Source: Eledone cirrhosa (taxonomy: Eukaryota). From it: a stretch of DNA of 64,000 nucleotides. Each line of letters starts with the position of its first letter. Position 1 is the stretch's first letter. The stretch is taken from positions 186,496,001-186,560,000 of the forward strand of contig OZ024742.1 in NCBI GenBank assembly GCA_964016885.1. Reading direction: 5' to 3'. Both the position numbers and the translations under genes were made by a program. The notes beneath the pieces are model-generated. The model searched no databases. It worked only from the letters and a program-made list of their open reading frames with translations, and was not told where the DNA came from. Positions 13,901 to 28,900 of the stretch are shown here, in pieces.

Positions 13901-16900
13901 TGAGACTGTTGGAGAATGGGGAGTGACAGACATTGTATGTGTGAGACTGTTTTAGAATGTGGGAAGGGAGAGACAGTGTATGTATGAGACTGTTTGAGAA
14001 TGGGGGGAGGGAGAGACAGTGTATGTATGAGACTGTTTGAGAATGGGGGGAGGGAGAGACAGTGTATGGACGAGACTGTTTGAGAATGGGGGAGGGAGAG
14101 AAAGTGAATGTATGAAACTGTTTGAGAATGGTGGGAGGGAGAGACAGTGTATGTGTGAGACTGTTCGAGAATGAGGGGAGGGAGAGACAATGTATGTATG
14201 AGACTGTTTGAGAATGGGGGGAGGGAGAGACAGTTTATGTGTGTGACTGTATGAGAATGGGGGGAGGGAGGGTCAGTGTATGTGTGAGACTGTTTGAGAA
14301 TGGGGGGAGGGATAAACAGTGTATGTGTGACACTGTTTGAGAATGGGGGGGGAGAGACAATGTAAGTGTGAGACTGTTTGAGAATGGGGGAGGGAGAGAC
14401 AGTGTATGTATGAGACTGTTTGAGAATGGAGGGAGGGAGAGACAATGTATGTATGAGACTGTTTGAGAATGGGGGGAGGGAGAGACAGTGTATGGACGAG
14501 ACTGTTTGAGAATGGGGGGAGGGAGAGACAGTGTATGTGTGAGATTGTTTGGGAATGGAGGGAGGGAGAGACAGCGTATGTATGAGACTGTTTAAGAATG
14601 GGGGGAGGGAGAGACAGTGTATGTATGAGACTGTTTGAGAATGGGGGGGAGGGAGAGACAGTGTATGTATGAGAGTGTTTGAGAATGGGGGGAGGGAGAG
14701 ACAGTGTATGTATGAGACTGTTTGGGAATGGAGGGAGGGAGAGACAGTGTATGTATGAGATTGTTTGGTAATGGAGGGAGGGGAAGACAGTGTATGTATG
14801 AGACTGTTTGAGAATGGGGGAGGGAGAGGCAGTGTATGTGTGAGACTGTTAGAGAATGGGGGGAGGGAGAGACAGTGTATGGACGAGACTGTTTGAGAAT
14901 GGGGGGAGGGAGAGACAGTGTATGTGTGAGACTGTTTGAGAATGGGGGGAGGGAGAGACAGTGTATCTATGAGACTGTTTGAGAATGGGGCGAGGGAGAG
15001 ACAGTGTATGTATGAGAGTGTTTGAGAATGGGGGGAGGGAGAAACAGTGTATGTGTGAGACTGTTTGAGAATGGGGGGTGAGGGAGAGACAGTATTTGTG
15101 TGAGACTGTTTTAGAATGAGTGGAGGGAGAGACAGAGTATGTGTGAGACTGTTTGAGAATGGGGGGAGGGAGAGACACTGTATGTGTGAGACTGTTTGAA
15201 AATTGTTGGTAGGGAGAGACAGTGTATGTATGAGACTGTTTGAGAATGGGGGAGGGAGAAACAGTGTGTGTGAGACTGTTTGAGAATGGGGGGAGCGAGA
15301 GACAGTGTATGTGTGAGACTGTTGGAGAATGGGGGAGGGAGAGACAGTGTATTTGTGAGATTGTTTGAGAATGGGGTGAGGGAGAGACAGTGTATGTATG
15401 AGACTGTTTGAGAATGGGTGGAGGGAGAGACAGTGTATGTATAAGGCTGTTTGAGAATGGGGGGAGGAGAGACAGTGTATGTATGAGACTGTTTGAGAAT
15501 AAGGGGAGGGAGAGACAGTGTATGTATGAGACTGTTGGAGAATGGGGAGTGACAGACAGTGTATGTGTGAGACTGTTTTAGAATGTGGGAAGGGAGAGAC
15601 AGTGTATGTATGAGACTGTTTGAGAATGGGGGGAGGGAGAGACAGTGTATGTATGAGACTGTTTGAGAATGGGGGGAGGGAGAGACAGTGTATGGACGAG
15701 ACTGTTTGAGAATGGGGGAGGGAGAGAAAGTGAATGTATGAAACTGTTTGAGAATGGTGGGAGGGAGAGACAGTGTATGTGTGAGACTGTTCGAGAATGA
15801 GGGGAGGGAGAGACAATGTATGTATGAGACTGTTTGAGAATGGGGGGAGGGAGAGACAGTTTATGTGTGTGACTGTATGAGAATGGGGGGAGGGAGGGTC
15901 AGTGTATGTGTGAGACTGTTTGAGAATGGGGGGAGGGAGAAACAGTGTATGTGTGACACTGTTTGAGAATTGGGGGGGAGAGACAATGTAAGTGTGAGAC
16001 TGTTTGAGAATGGGGGAGGGAGAGACAGTGTATGTATGAGACTGTTTGAGAATGGAGGGAGGGAGAGACAATGTATGTATGAGACTGTTTGAGAATGGGG
16101 GGAGGGAGAGACAGTGTATGGACGAGACTGTTTGAGAATGGGGGGAGGGAGAGACAGTGTATGTGTGAGACTGTTTGAGAATGGGGGGAGGGAGAGACAG
16201 TGTATCTATGAGACTGTTTGAGAATGGGTGGAGGGAGAGACAGTGTATGTATAAGGCTGTTTGAGAATGGGGGGAGGAGAGACAGTGTATGTATGAGACT
16301 GTTTGAGAATAAGGGGAGGGAGAGACAGTGTATGTATGAGACTGTTGGAGAATGGGGAGTGACAGACAGTGTATGTGTGAGACTGTTTTAGAATGTGGGA
16401 AGGGAGAGACAGTGTATGTATGAGACTGTTTGAGAATGGGGGGAGGGAGAGACAGTGTATGTATGAGACTGTTTGAGAATGGGGGGAGGGAGAGACAGTG
16501 TATGGACGAGACTCTTTGAGAATGGGGGAGGGAGAGAAAGTGAATGTATGAAACTGTTTGAGAATGGTGGGAGGGAGAGACAGTGTATGTGTGAGACTGT
16601 TCGAGAATGAGGGGAGGGAGAGACAATGTATGTATGAGACTGTTTGAGAATGGGGGGAGGGAGAGACAGTTTATGTGTGTGACTGTATGAGAATGGGGGG
16701 AGGGAGGGTCAGTGTATGTGTGAGACTGTTTGAGAATGGGGGGAGGGATAAACAGTGTATGTGTGACACTGTTTGAGAATGGGGGGGGAGAGACAATGTA
16801 AGTGTGAGACTGTTTGAGAATGGGGGAGGGAGAGACAGTGTATGTATGAGACTGTTTGAGAATGGAGGGAGGGAGAGACAATGTATGTATGAGACTGTTT

Positions 16901-19900
16901 GAGAATGGGGGGAGGGAGAGACAGTGTATGGACGAGACTGTTTGAGAATGGGGGGAGGGAGAGACAGTGTATGTGTGAGATTGTTTGGGAATGGAGGGAG
17001 GGAGAGACAGCGTATGTATGAGACTGTTTAAGAATGGGGGGAGGGAGAGACAGTGTATGTATGAGACTGTTTGAGAATGGGGGGGAGGGAGAGACAGTGT
17101 ATGTATGAGAGTGTTTGAGAATGGGGGGAGGGAGAGACAGTGTATGTATGAGACTGTTTGGGAATGGAGGGAGGGAGAGACAGTGTATGTATGAGATTGT
17201 TTGGTAATGGAGGGAGGGGAAGACAGTGTATGTATGAGACTGTTTGAGAATGGGGGAGGGAGAGGCAGTGTATGTGTGAGACTGTTAGAGAATGGGGGGA
17301 GGGAGAGACAGTGTATGGACGAGACTGTTTGAGAATGGGGGGAGGGAGAGACAGTGTATGTGTGAGACTGTTTGAGAATGGGGGGAGGGAGAGACAGTGT
17401 ATCTATGAGACTGTTTGAGAATGGGGCGAGGGAGAGACAGTGTATGTATGAGAGTGTTTGAGAATGGGGGGAGGGAGAAACAGTGTATGTGTGAGACTGT
17501 TTGAGAATGGGGGGTGAGGGAGAGACAGTATTTGTGTGAGACTGTTTTAGAATGAGTGGAGGGAGAGACAGAGTATGTGTGAGACTGTTTGAGAATGGGG
17601 GGAGGGAGAGACACTGTATGTGTGAGACTGTTTGAAAATTGTTGGTAGGGAGAGACAGTGTATGTATGAGACTGTTTGAGAATGGGGGAGGGAGAAACAG
17701 TGTGTGTGAGACTGTTTGAGAATGGGGGGAGCGAGAGACAGTGTATGTGTGAGACTGTTGGAGAATGGGGGAGGGAGAGACAGTGTATTTGTGAGATTGT
17801 TTGAGAATGGGGTGAGGGAGAGACAGTGTATGTATGAGACTGTTTGAGAATGGGTGGAGGGAGAGACAGTGTATGTATAAGGCTGTTTGAGAATGGGGGG
17901 AGGAGAGACAGTGTATGTATGAGACTGTTTGAGAATAAGGGGAGGGAGAGACAGTGTATGTATGAGACTGTTGGAGAATGGGGAGTGACAGACAGTGTAT
18001 GTGTGAGACTGTTTTAGAATGTGGGAAGGGAGAGACAGTGTATGTATGAGACTGTTTGAGAATGGGGGGAGGGAGAGACAGTGTATGTATGAGACTGTTT
18101 GAGAATGGGGGGAGGGAGAGACAGTGTATGTATGAGACTGTTTGAGAATGGGGGGAGGGAGAGACAGTTTATGTGTGTGACTGTATGAGAATGGGGGGAG
18201 GGAGGGTCAGTGTATGTGTGAGACTGTTTGAGAATGGGGGGAGGGAGAAACAGTGTATGTGTGACACTGTTTGAGAATGGGGGGGGGAGAGACAATGTAA
18301 GTGTGAGACTGTTTGAGAATGGGGGAGGGAGAGACAGTGTATGTATGAGACTGTTTGAGAATGGAGGGAGGGAGAGACAATGTATGTATGAGACTGTTTG
18401 AGAATGGGGGGAGGGAGAGACAGTGTATGGACGAGACTGTTTGAGAATGGGGGGAGGGAGAGACAGTGTATGTGTGAGACTGTTTGAGAATGGGGGGAGG
18501 GAGAGACAGTGTATCTATGAGACTGTTTGAGAATGGGTGGAGGGAGAGACAGTGTATGTATAAGGCTGTTTGAGAATGGGGGGAGGAGAGACAGTGTATG
18601 TATGAGACTGTTTGAGAATAAGGGGAGGGAGAGACAGTGTATGTATGAGACTGTTGGAGAATGGGGAGTGACAGACAGTGTATGTGTGAGACTGTTTTAG
18701 AATGTGGGAAGGGAGAGACAGTGTATGTATGAGACTGTTTGAGAATGGGGGGAGGGAGAGACAGTGTATGTATGAGACTGTTTGAGAATGGGGGGAGGGA
18801 GAGACAGTGTATGGACGAGACTGTTTGAGAATGGGGGAGGGAGAGAAAGTGAATGTATGAAACTGTTTGAGAATGGTGGGAGGGAGAGACAGTGTATGTG
18901 TGAGACTGTTCGAGAATGAGGGGAGGGAGAGACAATGTATGTATGAGACTGTTTGAGAATGGGGGGAGGGAGAGACAGTTTATGTGTGTGACTGTATGAG
19001 AATGGGGGGAGGGAGGGTCAGTGTATGTGTGAGACTGTTTGAGAATGGGGGGAGGGATAAACAGTGTATGTGTGACACTGTTTGAGAATGGGGGGGGGAG
19101 AGACAATGTAAGTGTGAGACTGTTTGAGAATGGGGGAGGGAGAGACAGTGTATGTATGAGACTGTTTGAGAATGGAGGGAGGGAGAGACAATGTATGTAT
19201 GAGACTGTTTGAGAATGGGGGGAGGGAGAGACAGTGTATGGACGAGACTGTTTGAGAATGGGGGGAGGGAGAGACAGTGTATGTGTGAGACTGTTTGAGA
19301 ATGGGGGGAGGGAGAGACAGTGTATCTATGAGACTGTTTGAGAATGGGGCGAGGGAGAGACAGTGTATGTATGAGAGTGTTTGAGAATGGGGGGGAGGGA
19401 GAGACAGTGTATGTATGAGACTGTTTGAGAATGGGGGAGGGAGAAACAGTGTATGTGTGAGACTGTTTGAGAATGGGGGGAGCGACAGACAGTGTATGTG
19501 TGAGACTGTTTGAGAATGGGGGGAGGGAGAGACAGTGTATGTGTGAGACTGTTTGAGAATGGGGCGAGGGAGAGACAGTGTATGTATGAGAGTGTTTGAG
19601 AATGGGGGGAGGGAGAGACAGTGTATGTATGAGACTGTTTGAGAATGGGGGAGGGAGAAACAGTGTATGTGTGAGACTGTTTGAGAATGGGGGGAGCGAC
19701 AGACAGTGTATGTATGAGACTGTTTGGGAATGGAGGGAGGGAGAGACAGTGTATGTATGAGAGTGTTTGAGAATAGGGGGAGGGAGAGACAGTGTATGTA
19801 TGAGAATGTTTGAGAATGGGGGAGGGAGAAACAGTGTATGTGTGAGACTGTTTGAGAATGGGGGGAGCGACAGACAGTGTATGTGTGAGACTGTTTGAGA

Positions 19901-22900
19901 ATGGGGGGAGGGAGAGACAGTGTATGTGTGAGACTGTTTGAGAATGGGGGTGGGAGAGGCAGTGTATGTGTGAGACTGTTTGAGAATGGGGGGAGGGAGA
20001 GACAGTGTATGTATGAGACTGTTTGGGAATGGAGGGAGGGAGAGACAGTGTATGTATGAGATTGTTTGGGAATGGAGGGAGGGAGAGACAGCGTATGTAT
20101 GAGACTGTTTAAGAATGGGGGGAGGGAGAGACAGTGTATGTATGAGACTGTTTGAGAATGGGGGTAGGGAGAGACAGTGTATGTATGAGAGTGTTTGAGA
20201 ATGGGGGGAGGGAGAGACAGTGTATGTATGAGACTGTTTGGGAATGGAGGGAGGGAGAGACAGTGTATGTATGAGAGTGTTTGAGAATAGGGGGAGGGAG
20301 AGACAGTGTATGTATGAGACTGTTTGGGAATGGAGGGAGGGAGAGACAGTGTATGTATGAGACTGTTTGAGAATGGGGGACAGAGAGACAGTGTATGTAT
20401 GAGACTGTTTGAGAATGGGGGGAGGGAGAGACAGTGTATGTGTGAGACTGTTTGAGAATGGGGGAGGGAGAGGCAGTGTATGTATGAGACTGTTTGAGAA
20501 TGGGGGGAGGGAGAGACAGTGTATGTGTGAGACTGTTTGAGAATGGGAGGAGGGAGAGACAGTGTATGTATGAGACTGTTTGAGAATGGGGCGAGGGAGA
20601 GACAGTGTATGTATGAGATTGTTTGGGAATGGAGGGAGGGAGAGACAGCGTATGTATGAGACTGTTTGAGAATGTGGCGAGGGAGAGACAGTGTATGTAT
20701 GAGATTGTTTGGGAATGGAGGGAGGGAGAGACAGCGTATGTATGAGATTGTTTGGGAATACGGGGAGGGAGAGACAGTGTATGTATGAGACTGTTTAAGA
20801 ATGGGGGAGGGAGAGACAGTGTATGTATGAGAGTGTTTGAGAATGGGGGGAGGGAGAGACAGTGTATGTATGAGATTGTTTGGTAATGGAGGGAGGGGAA
20901 GACAGTGTATGTATGAGACTGTTTGAGAATGGGGGAGGGAGAGACAGTGTATGTATGAGACTGTTTGAGAATGGGGCGAGGGAGAGACAGCGTATGTATG
21001 AGATTGTTTGGGAATGTGGGGAGGGAGAGACAGTGTATGTATGAGACTGTTTAAGAATAGGGGGAGGGAGAGACAGTGTATGTATGAGACTGTTTGAGAA
21101 TGGGGGGAGGGAGAGACAGTGTATGTATGAGAGTGTTTGAGAATGGGGGGAGGGAGAGACAGTGTATGTACGAGACTGTTTTGGAATGGAGGGAGGGAGA
21201 GACAGTGTATGTATAAGATTGTTTGGGAATGGATGGAGGGAGAGACAGTGTATGAGTGAGAATGTTTGAGAATGGGGGGAGGGAGAGACAGTGTATGTGT
21301 GAGAGTGTTTGAGAATGGGGGGAGGGAGAGACAGTGTATGTATGAGAGTGTTTGGGAATGGAGGGAGGGAGAGACAGCGTATGTATGAGATTGTTTGGGA
21401 ATGGAGGGAGGGAGAGACAGTGTATGTATGAGACTGTTTGAGAATGGGGCGAGGGAGAGACAGTGTATGTATGAGACTGTTTGAGAATGGGGGAGGGAGA
21501 GACAGTGTATGTGTGAGACTGTTTGAAAATGGGGGGAGGGAGAGACAGTGTATGTGTGAGAAGGTTTGAGAATGGGGGGAGGGAGAGACAATGTATGTAT
21601 GAGACTGTGTGAGAATGGGGGGAGGGAGAGACAGCGTATGTATGAGACTGTTTAAGAATGGGGGGAGGGAGAGACAGTGTATGTATGAGACTGTTTGAGA
21701 ATGGGGGGAGGGAGAGACAGTGTATGTATGAGAGTGTTTGAGAATAGGGGGAGGGAGAGACAGTGTATGTATGAGACTGTTTGGGAATGGAGGGAGGGAG
21801 AGACAGTGTATGTATGAGATTGTTTGGTAATGGAGGGAGGGGAAGACAGTGTATGTATGAGACTGTTTGAGAATGGGGGAGGGAGAGGCAGTGTATGTGT
21901 GAGACTGTTAGAGAATGGGGGGAGGGAGAGACAGTGTATGGACGAGACTGTTTGAGAATGGGGGGAGGGAGAGACAGTGTATGTGTGAGACTGTTTGAGA
22001 ATGGGGGGAGGGAGAGACAGTGTATCTATGAGACTGTTTGAGAATGGGGCGAGGGAGAGACAGTGTATGTATGAGAGTGTTTGAGAATGGGGGGAGGGAG
22101 AAACAGTGTATGTGTGAGACTGTTTGAGAATGGGGGGTGAGGGAGAGACAGTATTTGTGTGAGACTGTTTTAGAATGAGTGGAGGGAGAGACAGAGTATG
22201 TGTGAGACTGTTTGAGAATGGGGAGAGGAAGAGACACTGTATGTGTGAGACTGTTTGAAAAGTGTTGGTAGGGAGAGACAGTGTATGTATGAGACTGTTT
22301 GAGAATGGGGGAGGGAGAAACAGTGTGTGTGAGACTGTTTGAGAATGGGGGAGCGAGAGACAGTGTATGTGTGAGACTGTTGGAGAATGGGGGAGGGAGA
22401 GACAGTGTATTTGTGAGACTGTTTGAGAATGGGGTGAGGGAGAGACAGTGTATGTATGAGACTGTTTGAGAATGGGTGGAGGGAGAGACAGTGTATGTAT
22501 AAGGCTGTTTGAGAATGGGGGGAGGAGAGACAGTGTATGTATGAGACTGTTTGAGAATAAGGGGAGGGAGAGACAGTGTATGTATGAGACTGTTGGAGAA
22601 TGGGGAGTGACAGACAGTGTATGTGTGGGACTGTTTTAGAATGTGGGAAGGGAGAGACAGTGTATGTATGAGACTGTTTGAGAATGGGGGGAGGGAGAGA
22701 CAGTGTATGTATGAGACTGTTTGAGAATGGGGGGAGGGAGAGACAGTGTATGGACGAGACTGTTTGAGAATGGGGGAGGGAGAGAAAGTGAATGTATGAA
22801 ACTGTTTGAGAATGGTGGGAGGGAGAGACAGTGTATGTGTGAGACTGTTCGAGAATGAGGGGAGGGAGAGACAATGTATGTATGAGACTGTTTGAGAATG

Positions 22901-25900
22901 GGGGGAGGGAGAGACAGTTTATGTGTGTGACTGTATGAGAATGGGGGGAGGGAGGGTCAGTGTATGTGTGAGACTGTTTGAGAATGGGGGAAGGGAGAGA
23001 CAGTGTATGTGTGAGACTGTTTGAGAATGGGGGGAGGGAGAAACAGTGTATGTGTGACACTGTTTGAGAATGGGGGGGGGGAGAGACAATGTAAGTGTGA
23101 GACTGTTTGAGAATGGGGGAGGGAGAGACAGTGTATGTATGAGACTGTTTGAGAATGGAGGGAGGGAGAGACAATGTATGTATGAGACTGTTTGAGAATG
23201 GGGGGAGGGAGAGACAGTGTATGGACGAGACTGTTTGAGAATGGGGGGAGGGAGAGACAGTGTATGTGTGAGACTGTTTGAGAATGGGAGGAGGGAGAGA
23301 CAGTGTATCTATGAGACTGTTTGAGAATGGGGCGAGGGAGAGACAGTGTATGTATGAGAGTGTTTGAGAATGGGGGGAGGGAGAGACAGTGTATGTATGA
23401 GACTGTTTGAGAATGGGGGAGGGAGAAACAGTGTATGTGTGAGACTGTTTGAGAATGGGGGGAGCGACAGACAGTGTATGTGTGAGACTGTTTGAGAATG
23501 GGGGGACGGAGAGACAGTGTATGTGTGAGACTGTTTGAGAATGGGGGGAGGGAAAGACAGTGTATGTATGAGACTGTTTGAGAATGGGGGGAGGGAGAGA
23601 CAATGTATCTGTGAGACTGTTTGAGAATGGGGGGAGGGAGAGACAGTGTATGTGTGAGACTGTTTGAGAATGGGGGTGGGAGAGGCAGTGTATGTGTGAG
23701 ACTGTTTGAGAATGGGGGGAGGGAGAGACAGTGTATGTATGAGACTGTTTGGGAATGGAGGGAGGGAGAGACAGTGTATGTATGAGATTGTTTGGGAATG
23801 GAGGGAGGGAGAGACAGCGTATGTATGAGACTGTTTAAGAATGGGGGGAGGGAGAGACAGTGTATGTATGAGACTGTTTGAGAATGGGGGAGGGAGAGAC
23901 AGTGTATGTATGAGAGTGTTTGAGAATGGGGGGAGGGAGAGACAGTGTATGTATGAGACTGTTTGGGAATGGGGGAGGGAGAGACAGTGTATGTATGAGA
24001 GTGTTTGAGAATGGGGGGAGGGAGAGACAGTGTATGTATGAGACTGTTTGGGAATGGAGGGAGGGAGAGACAGTGTATGTATGAGATTGTTTGGTAATGG
24101 AGGGAGGGGAAGACAGTGTATGTATGAGACTGTTTGAGAATGGGGGAGGGAGAGACAGTGTATGTATGAGACTGTTTGGGAATGGAGGGAGGGAGAGACA
24201 GTGTATGTATGAGACTGTTTGAGAATGGGGGACAGAGAGACAGTGTATGTATGAGACTGTTTGAGAATGGGGGGAGGGAGAGACAGTGTATGTGTGAGAC
24301 TGTTTGAGAATGGGGGAGGGAGAGGCAGTGTATGTATGAGACTGTTTGAGAATGGGGGGAGGGAGAGACAGTGTATGTGTGAGACTGTTTGAGAATGGGA
24401 GGAGGGAGAGACAGTGTATGTATGAGACTGTTTGAGAATGGGGCGAGGGAGAGACAGTGTATGTATGAGATTGTTTGGGAATGGAGGGAGGGAGAGACAG
24501 CGTATGTATGAGACTGTTTGAGAATGGGGCGAGGGAGAGACAGTGTATGTATGAGATTGTTTGGGAATGGAGGGAGGGAGAGACAGCGTATGTATGAGAT
24601 TGTTTGGGAATACGGGGAGGGAGAGACAGTGTATGTATGAGACTGTTTAAGAATGGGGGAGGGAGAGACAGTGTATGTATGAGAGTGTTTGAGAATGGGG
24701 GGAGGGAGAGACAGTGTATGTATGAGACTGTTTGGGAATGGAGGGAGGGAGAGACAGTGTATGTATGATATTGTTTGGTAATGGAGGGAGGGGAAGACAG
24801 TGTATGTATGAGACTGTTTGAGAATGGGGGAGGGAGAGACAGTGTATGTATGAGACTGTTTGAGAATGGGGCGAGGGAGAGACAGCGTATGTATGAGATT
24901 GTTTGGGAATGTGGGGAGGGAGAGACAGTGTATGTATGAGACTGTTTAAGAATAGGGGGAGGGAGAGACAGTGTATGTATGAGACTGTTTGAGAATGGGG
25001 GGAGGGAGAGACAGTGTATGTATGAGAGTGTTTGAGAATGGGGGGAGGGAGAGACAGTGTATGTACGAGACTGTTTTGGAATGGAGGGAGGGAGAGACAG
25101 TGTATGTATAAGATTGTTTGGGAATGGATGGAGGGAGAGACAGTGTATGAGTGAGAATGTTTGAGAATGGGGGGAGGGAGAGACAGTGTATGTGTGAGAG
25201 TGTTTGAGAATGGGGGGAGGGAGAGACAGTGTATGTATGAGAGTGTTTGGGAATGGAGGGAGGGAGAGACAGCGTATGTATGAGATTGTTTGGGAATGGA
25301 GGGAGGGAGAGACAGTGTATGTATGAGACTGTTTGAGAATGGGGCGAGGGAGAGACAGTGTATGTATGAGACTGTTTGAGAATGGGGGAGGGAGAGACAG
25401 TGTATGTGTGAGACTGTTTGAAAATGGGGGGAGGGAGAGACAGTGTATGTGTGAGAAGGTTTGAGAATGGGGGGAGGGAGAGACAATGTATGTATGAGAC
25501 TGTGTGAGAATGTGAGAGGGAGAAACAGTGTATGTATGAGACTGTTTAAGAATGGAGGGAGGGAGAGACAGTGTATGTATGAGATTGTTTGGGAATGGAG
25601 GGAGGGAGAGACAGCGTATGTATGAGACTGTTTAAGAATGGGGGGAGGGAGAGACAGTGTATGTATGAGACTGTTTGGGAATGGAGGGAGGGAGAGACAG
25701 TGTATGTATGAGACTGTTTGAGAATGGGGGACAGAGAGACAGTGTATGTATGAGACTGTTTGAGAATGGGGGGAGGGAGAGACAGTGTATGTGTGAGACT
25801 GTTTGAGAATGGGGGAGGGAGAGGCAGTGTATGTATGAGACTGTTTGAGAATGGGGGGAGGGAGAGACAGTGTATGTGTGAGATTGTTTGGGAATGGAGG

Positions 25901-28900
25901 GAGGGAGAGACAGCGTGTGTATGAGACTGTTTGAGAATGGGGCGAGGGAGAGACAGTGTATGTATGAGATTGTTTGGGAATGGAGGGAGGGAGAGACAGC
26001 GTATGTATGAGATTGTTTGGGAATACGGGGAGGGAGAGACAGTGTATGTATGAGACTGTTTAAGAATGGGGGAGGGAGAGACAGTGTATGTATGAGAGTG
26101 TTTGAGAATGGGGGGAGGGAGAGACAGTGTATGTATGAGACTGTTTGGGAATGGAGGGAGGGAGAGACAGTGTATGTATGAGATTGTTTGGTAATGGAGG
26201 GAGGGGAAGACAGTGTATGTATGAGACTGTTTGAGAATGGGGGAGGGAGAGACAGTGTATGTATGAGACTGTTTGAGAATGGGGCGAGGGAGAGACAGCG
26301 TATGTATGAGATTGTTTGGGAATGTGGGGAGGGAGAGACAGTGTATGTATGAGACTGTTTAAGAATAGGGGGAGGGAGAGACAGTGTATGTATGAGACTG
26401 TTTGAGAATGGGGGGAGGGAGAGACAGTGTATGTATGAGAGTGTTTGAGAATGGGGGGAGGGAGAGACAGTGTATGTACGAGACTGTTTTGGAATGGAGG
26501 GAGGGAGAGACAGTGTATGTATAAGATTGTTTGGGAATGGATGGAGGGAGAGACAGTGTATGAGTGAGAATGTTTGAGAATGGGGGGAGGGAGAGACAGT
26601 GTATGTGTGAGAGTGTTTGAGAATGGGGGGAGGGAGAGACAGTGTATGTATGAGAGTGTTTGGGAATGGAGGGAGGGAGAGACAGCGTATGTATGAGATT
26701 GTTTGGGAATGGAGGGAGGGAGAGACAGTGTATGTATGAGACTGTTTGAGAATGGGGCGAGGGAGAGACAGTGTATGTATGAGACTGTTTGAGAATGGGG
26801 GAGGGAGAGACAGTGTATGTGTGAGACTGTTTGAAAATGGGGGGAGGGAGAGACAGTGTATGTGTGAGAAGGTTTGAGAATGGGGGGAGGGAGAGACAAT
26901 GTATGTATGAGACTGTGTGAGAATGTGAGAGGGAGAAACAGTGTATGTATGAGACTGTTTAAGAATGGAGGGAGGGAGAGACAGTGTATGTATGAGATTG
27001 TTTGGGAATGGAGGGAGGGAGAGACAGCGTATGTATGAGACTGTTTAAGAATGGGGGGAGGGAGAGACAGTGTATGTATGAGACTGTTTGAGAATGGGGG
27101 GGAGGGAGAGACAGTGTATGTATGAGAGTGTTTGAGAATGGGGGGAGGGAGAGACAGTGTATGTATGAGACTGTTTGGGAATGGAGGGAGGGAGAGACAG
27201 TGTATGTATGAGATTGTTTGGTAATGGAGGGAGGGGAAGACAGTGTATGTATGAGACTGTTTGAGAATGGGGGAGGGAGAGGCAGTGTATGTGTGAGACT
27301 GTTAGAGAATGGGGGGAGGGAGAGACAGTGTATGGACGAGACTGTTTGAGAATGGGGGGAGGGAGAGACAGTGTATGTGTGAGACTGTTTGAGAATGGGG
27401 GGAGGGAGAGACAGTGTATCTATGAGACTGTTTGAGAATGGGGCGAGGGAGAGACAGTGTATGTATGAGAGTGTTTGAGAATGGGGGGAGGGAGAAACAG
27501 TGTATGTGTGAGACTGTTTGAGAATGGGGGGTGAGGGAGAGACAGTATTTGTGTGAGACTGTTTTAGAATTAGTGGAGGGAGAGACAGAGTATGTGTGAG
27601 ACTGTTTGAGAATGGGGGGAGGGAGAGACACTGTATGTGTGAGACTGTTTGAAAAGTGTTGGTAGGGAGAGACAGTGTATGTATGAGACTGTTTGAGAAT
27701 GGGGGAGGGAGAAACAGTGTGTGTGAGACTGTTTGAGAATGGGGGGAGCGAGAGACAGTGTATGTGTGAGACTGTTGGAGAATGGGGGAGGGAGAGACAG
27801 TGTATTTGTGAGACTGTTTGAGAATGGGGTGAGGGAGAGACAGTGTATGTATGAGACTGTTTGAGAATGGGTGGAGGGAGAGACAGTGTATGTATAAGGC
27901 TGTTTGAGAATGGGGGGAGGAGAGACAGTGTATGTATGAGACTGTTTGAGAATAAGGGGAGGGAGAGACAGTGTATGTATGAGACTGTTTGAGAATGGGG
28001 GGAGGGAGAGACAGTGTATGGACGAGACTGTTTGAGAATGGGGGAGGGAGAGAAAGTGAATGTATGAAACTGTTTGAGAATGGTGGGAGGGAGAGACAGT
28101 GTATGTGTGAGACTGTTCGAGAATGAGGGGAGGGAGAGACAATGTATGTATGAGACTGTTTGAGAATGGGGGGAGGGAGAGACAGTTTATGTGTGTGACT
28201 GTATGAGAATGGGGGGAGGGAGGGTCAGTGTATGTGTGAGACTGTTTGAGAATGGGGGAAGGGAGAGACAGTGTATGTGTGAGACTGTTTGGGAATGGAG
28301 GGAGGGAGAGACAGTGTATGTATGAGATTGTTTGGGAATGGAGGGAGGGAGAGACAGCGTATGTATGAGACTGTTTAAGAATGGGGGGAGGGAGAGACAG
28401 TGTATGTATGAGACTGTTTGAGAATGGGGGGAGGGAGAGACAGTGTATGTATGAGACTGTTTGGGAATGGAGGGAGGGAGAGACAGTGTATGTATGAGAG
28501 TGTTTGAGAATGGGGGGAGGGAGAGACAGTGTATGTATGAGACTGTTTGGGAATGGAGGGAGGGAGAGACAGTGTATGTATGAGATTGTTTGGTAATGGA
28601 GGGAGGGGAAGACAGTGTATGTATGAGACTGTTTGAGAATGGGGGAGGGAGAGACAGTGTATGTATGAGACTGTTTGGGAATGGAGGGAGGGAGAGACAG
28701 TGTATGTATGAGACTGTTTGAGAATGGGGGACAGAGAGACAGTGTATGTATGAGACTGTTTGAGAATGGGGGGAGGGAGAGACAGTGTATGTGTGAGACT
28801 GTTTGAGAATGGGGGAGGGAGAGGCAGTGTATGTATGAGACTGTTTGAGAATGGGGGGAGGGAGAGACAGTGTATGTGTGAGACTGTTTGAGAATGGGAG